NCBI RefSeq assembly: GCF_009914755.1
Contig: NC_060927.1
Strand: one strand, 5' to 3'
DNA: 64,000 bases
DNA from: the human T2T-CHM13v2.0 reference genome, Homo sapiens
The notes beneath the pieces are model-generated. The model ran no database searches. It saw nothing but the letters and a program-made list of their open reading frames with translations, and was not told the origin of the DNA. How positions within the stretch are numbered: the stretch's first letter is position 1; the number at the start of each line of letters is the position of its first letter. A program made the position numbers and the translations under genes. Positions 53,645 through 64,000 of the stretch are shown here, piece by piece.

Positions 53645-54658
53645 ATGGGGAAAAAACAGAGCAGAAAAACTGGAAACTCTAAAAAGCAGAGCACCTCTCC
53701 TCCTCCAAAGGAACGCAGTTCCTCACCAGCAATGGAACAAAGCTGGACGGAGAATGACTTTGACGAGCTGAGAGAAGAAAGCTTCAGACTATCAAACTAC
53801 GAGCTACAGGAGGAAATTCAAACCAAAGGCAAAGAAGTTGAAAACTTTGAAAAACATTTAGACGAATGTATAACTAGAATAACCAATACAGAGAAGTGCT
53901 TAAAGGAGCTGATGGAGCTGGAAGCCAAGGCTTGAGAACTACGTGAAGAATGCAGAAGCCTCAGGAGCCGATACGATCAACTGGAAGAAAGGGTATCAGT
54001 GATGGAAGATGAAATGTATGAAATGAAGCGAGAAGGGAAGTTTAGAGAAAAAAGAATAAAAAGAAACGAACAAAGCCTCCAAGAAATATGGGACTATGAG
54101 AAAAGACCAAATCTCCATCTGATTGGTGTACCTGAAAGTGATGGGGAGAATGGAACCAAGATGGAAAACACTCTGCAGGACATTATCCAGGAGAACTTCC
54201 CCAATCTAGCAAGGCAGGCCATCATTCAGATTCAGGAAATACAGAGAATGCCACAAAGATACTCCTCGAGAAGAGCAACTCCAAGACACATAATTTTCAG
54301 ACTCACCAAAGTTGAAAAGAAGGAAAAAATGTTAAGGGCAGCCAGAGAGAAAGGTTGGGTTACCCACAAAGGGAAGCCCATCAGACTAAAAGCGGATCTC
54401 TCGACAGAAACTCTACAAGCCAGAAGAGAGTGGGGGCCAATATTCAACATTCTTAAAGAAAAGAATTTTCAATGCAGAATTTCGTATCAAGCCAAACTAA
54501 GCTTCATAAGTGAAGGAGAAATAAAATCCTTTACAGACAAGCAAATGCTGAGAGATTTTGTCACCATCAGGCCTGCCCTAAAAGAGCTCCTGAAGGAAGC
54601 ACTAAACATGGAAAGGAACAACCGGTACCAGCCACTGCAAAATCATGCCAAATTGTAA
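53645..54658 (+). pseudogene. L1 ORF1p, disrupted by TGA at 53933-53935
   Basis: MGKKQSRKTGNSK... to ...RYQPLQNHAKL in a single frame with one premature stop. Confidence 0.93.
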
Positions 54659-54721
54659 AGACCATCGAGGCTAGGAAGAAACTGCATCAACTAACGAGCA
54701 AAATAACCAGCTAACATCATA

Positions 54722-58526
<3,805 letters not shown>

Positions 58527-59382
58527 ACAATGAGAACACATGGACACGGGAAGGGGAACATCACACTCTGGGGACTGTTGTGAGGTGGGGGTAGGGGGGA
58601 GGGATAGCATTAGGAGATATATGTAATGCTAAATGACCAGTTAATGGGTGCAGCACACCAGCATGGCACACGTATACATACGTAACTAATCTGCACATTG
58701 TGCACATGTACCCTAAAACTTAAAGTATAATAATAATAAAGAAAAAGAGAGAATATCCAGAAAATAGATATAATCAGAGATCAATAAAGAGACCCTATAA
58801 CCAATATTGCAGAAATATGAACGATCATTAGAGGGTACTATGATCACCTATATGCCAATAATTGGGAAAATCTAGAAGAAATGGATTAATTCCTATGCAC
58901 CTGTAACATACCAAGATAGAACCATGAAGAAATTCAAAACTGATCAGACCAATAACAGGAAATGAGATCAAGTCATAATAAAATGACTCCCAGCAAAAAA
59001 AAAAAAAAAAAAAAAAAAAAGCCCCTGAAACTGATGGCCTTACTACTAAATTTTAGTAAACATTTAAAGCACTAATATCAATCCTACGGAAAGTATTGTA
59101 AAAAATCGAAGAGTGAATACTTTCACATTTATTATATGAGGCCATTATTACCCTGATACTAAAACCAAAGACACATCAAAAAATAATAATAACACATAAA
59201 AAATAAATCCCAGTACGATGAACATTGATGCAAAAATTATCACTAACTACTAGCAAACTGAATTCAGTAACACATTAAAAAGGCCATTTATTATTACCAA
59301 GTGAGATTTATCCCAGAAATTCAAAGTTGGTTCAATGTACACAAATCAATCAATGTGATATTCAATATAAACAGAATAAATA

Positions 59383-59684
<302 letters not shown>

Positions 59685-62250
59685 TCAATTGATGCTGAGA
59701 AAGCATTAGATAAAAATTCAACATCTCTTCATGATAAAAAAACCCTCAAAAAATTGTATAGAAGGAACACGCCTCAACACAATAAAAGTCATATGATAGT
59801 ACCACACCTAGTATTGCATTCAATGGACCACACCTAGTATTGCAGTGAATGGGGAACAACTGAAAGCCTGAAGGTGTGGTGTGTAGACCACTCCTCTCTT
59901 GAGTAGAAAGACCGACTGATGAACCTATCAAAAATAGTAACTTCAGCAAGTTCTCTTAAGGGTTTTAGATTTTAAGGTTTTTAAATTTTAGATTATCATA
60001 AGTCTTACAAATAAACTATCAGATGTAGAACAAGACAAGGTGTTCACTGTTACTCACTTTCACCACTGTTAATTCAGCATAGTTTTGAAAGTCAAGATAG
60101 AGGAATTAGACAAGGAAAAGAAAAAAAGGTATTCAAATAGGAAAGGATGAATTCAAATTATCATTTTTTGCAGATGATATAATCATTTTTTTGGAGAAAC
60201 CTAAGATTCCACCCAAAACCTATTAGAGCTGATAATCAAATTCAGCAAATTTGTAGAATACAATATCAACCTACATGAATAGTTGCTTTTCCATATGTCA
60301 ACAATGTACAATCTGAAAAAGAAATCAAGAAATTAATTTCATTTAGAATAGCTAGAAATAAAATAAGATATAGGAATAAATTCAACCAAAAGAGTGAAAT
60401 ATTTGTACAATAAAAACAACAAAAATTAATGCAAGCAATTAAAGAAGACACAAAAAATGAAAAGATATTCTCTTAATTGATTAGAAGAATCAATATTGTT
60501 AAAATATTTATACTACCCAAAGCAATCTGTAGAGTCAATACAATTCCTGTCACAATACCAATAACATTATTCACAGAAATAGAAAAAAAATCTAAAACAT
60601 ATATGGAACCATCAAAGACCCAAACAGATAAAGTTATCCTGAGGAAAAAATAAATAAATAAATAAAACTGGAGGAATCACATTACCTGACTTCAAATTAT
60701 ACTACAGAGCCATAGTATCTAAACCAGCATGGTACTGGCATAAAAACTGGCACAGACCAATGGAACAGAATAGAAAAACTAAAAATAAATCCATACATTC
60801 ACACTCAACTCATTTTCAACAAAGGTGCCAAGAACATATGCAAGGGGAAGGACGATCACTTCATTAAATGGCACTGGGAAAACTGGATATCCATGTGCAG
60901 AAGAATGAAACTAGACCCCATATCTCACCATGTACCAAAATCAAATCTAAATAGATTAAAAAACTTAAATCTAAAACCTCAATCTATGAAACTCTAAAAG
61001 AAAATATTGGGAAAAATCTACAAGACATTGGTCTGGGCAAAGATTTATTAAGCAATATCTCACAAGCACAGGTACCCAAGTAAAAATGGACAAATGGTAT
61101 CACATCAAATTAAAAAGCTTCTGCACAGCAAAGAAGGCATTCAAGAAAGTGAGAGGACCACCCACACCATGGAAGAAAATATTTGCAAACTATCCATCAG
61201 AAAAATGATTTAATGACAAGAATACATAATAATCCCAATAAAACTCTATAGGGAATAGTCTAATTTAGAAGATGCGTGAAAGATCTGAATAGATATTTCT
61301 CAAAAGAAGACAGACAAATGGCAAAAGGTATATGAAAAGATATTCAACATCATTGATCAGATAAATGTAAATCAAAACTACATAATGAGAGACAACTTCA
61401 CTGCAGGTCAATTTGCCTTTAACCAAAAGACTGGAAATAAAGAATGCTGTCAAACATGTAGAGAAAAGGGAACCCTTGTACACTGTTGGCAGAAATGTAA
61501 ATTAGTACAACCTCTATGGATAACTGTATGGAGGCTCCTCAGAAAACTAAAAATGGAACCATCATATTACTTAGCAATCCCACTGCTAGGTAATTAGTCA
61601 AAAGTATGAAAATTAGTATATTGAAGAAATATCTGCACTCTCGTGTTTATTGCAGTGCTTTTCACAATAGCCAAGATTTGCAAGAAACCTATGAGTCCAT
61701 CAACAGGTGAATGGATAAAGAAAATGTGGTACATGTACACAATGGGGTACTATTCAGCCATAAAAATTAATAAAATCTGTCATTCGCAGCATGGATTGAG
61801 GTGGAGAACATTATGTCAAGTGAAATAAGTCAGGCACAGAAAAGCAAACTGCATTTTTTCACTGATTTATGGGACTTAAAAATTAAAACAACTGAACTCA
61901 TGGAGATAGAGAGTAGAATGATGGTTATCAAAGGCTGGGAATGGTAGTGGTGCAGAGTGGGAAAGTGGGGATGATTAATGAGTACAAAAATATAGTTAGA
62001 ATTAATAAGATCTAGTATCTGATAGCACAATATAGTGACTATAGTCAAAAATAATTTATTGTACATTTTTAAATAACTAAAAGAGTATAATTGGAATGTT
62101 TGTAATGCATTCACCTCAAGATAAATGATTGAAGTGATAGATATCCCATTCGCCCTGACAGCATTATTACACATTGTATGCCTGTATCAAAGTATCCCAT
62201 GAACCACAAAAATACACTATGTACCCATAAATATTAAAAATTAAAAAAAA

Positions 62251-62460
62251 CTGTGCCAAGTGAAATAATCCAGACACAAAAGAACAAATATTGAGTAGTT
62301 CCTCTTACATAAGTTATTTAGAATAGGCAAGTTGATAAAGAAAAACTATGGGATTCCAAGGGTTGGGGAGAGAAGAAAATCCACACTTCCTTAATGAGTG
62401 AACATTTTCTGTTTTAGAAATAGATAACATCGATTGTTATGTAATATTGCGAATGGAATT
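62251..62460 (+). mobile_element. L1MB-type 3' fragment, right half
   Basis: ctgtgccaagtgaaataatccagacacaaaagaacaaatattg continues the sequence interrupted at 45829. Confidence 0.7.
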
Positions 62461-62703
62461 TAAACCAAAGTTGCTACATCTACATTTCATGGCAATGGCT
62501 TCTTGTGAAATCACAGCTGTTTCATAGAATGTGCTCTTCCCCAGTCCCCCACCCACATGCAAGCTATGCAGAAAACTACAGTTTCAATGGGTGATGTTGG
62601 CAATGGAAACCAGTAGCTTTGCTTCCAGAGACAGTAAATATGATATTTTATGTTGAGGGTTGAGAGTGGGCAAAACACAAGTCTTGGTTAAGTAAAAGTT
62701 GTA

Positions 62704-62874
<171 letters not shown>

Positions 62875-63343
62875 TTACAGTGTATTTAGACTGAGGCTGT
62901 TTAGTTTGGGGTTAAGAAGGAAACTAACCAGTAATTTACCAGGGATATATTGGGAAAACAGCTACAGAAGAACTAGAGAGTCTTCCCCAACCTCGGCTGT
63001 CTGGGCCATAGTGTGCAAAAACAGTACAGGCCAGGGTGAATGCTGTGGCACCTAAAACCAAGAGTGCAATGAGAATCATTTTAAATTTGAATGTGCTTTC
63101 AAACACCCACAAAAATCAATCATCATATAGTGGAAGCCTTAGGGGTTTGACATGTTTCAGCAAAACCTATGTTCAAATAATTGGCTAAAAACCTGACTAA
63201 ACAGACACAAGTGCAACCTATAAAAAGCCAGTTTAGAAGCTGAAAATAAGATATCAGCAGTCATAGTTCTCAGGAAACATTTCTCAGTTTAAGCCCAGAC
63301 AAGTTAACATAGAGGTAAAAACATAAAAATAAAAATAAAAAAA

Positions 63344-63552
63344 GGCCGGACATGAGAGTGCATGCCTGTAATTCCAGCACTTTGGAAGGCTCAGGAGAGT
63401 GGATCTCTTGAGCCCAGGAGTTTGAAACCAGCCTGAGCAATGTGGCAAAACCCCATCTCTACAAAAAGTACAATTAGCCAGGTGTGGTGGCACACATCTT
63501 TAGTCCCAGCTACTCTGGGGGCTTAGGTGGGAGGATTGCTTGAGCTTGAGGT
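63344..63552 (+). mobile_element. AluJ, 3'-truncated
   Basis: ggccggacatg...ttgagcccaggagtttgaaaccagcc...gggaggattgcttgagc. Confidence 0.85.
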
Positions 63553-63602
63553 TGGAATGGAAATGTAAAAGTAAATCAAATTATTTAAAGATATGATAAA
63601 TA

Positions 63603-63999
<397 letters not shown>

Positions 64000-64000
64000 G

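Overview
Hominoid (most likely human) AT-rich, repeat-dense genomic DNA typical of a gene desert or very large intron. I find no supportable host protein-coding exon or RNA gene; every informative ORF derives from L1, ERV or Alu sequence. Content: a solo LTR12C (ERV9) inserted in a MER52 LTR, several old L1MA/L1PB elements, a ~16 kb nest (L1MB split by a full-length L1MA2-like element that carries a deleted HERV-L provirus, a near-full-length L1PA3 and an Alu), about ten Alus, MaLR/ERV LTRs, MIR/L2 relics and microsatellites. I see no evidence of a new multi-gene system. The most notable signals are scars of DNA repair and replication: a 170-bp perfectly identical inverted tract, with shared private variants, between a tail-less L1PA fragment and an L1PA 4.4 kb away (gene conversion or templated copy); an Alu rearranged by an apparent template switch into a hairpin; a mosaic L1 filler patch; and an in-frame gag-integrase fusion in HERV-L. 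Subfamily names come from recalled consensus motifs and need RepeatMasker/Dfam confirmation. Boundaries of old elements are approximate.
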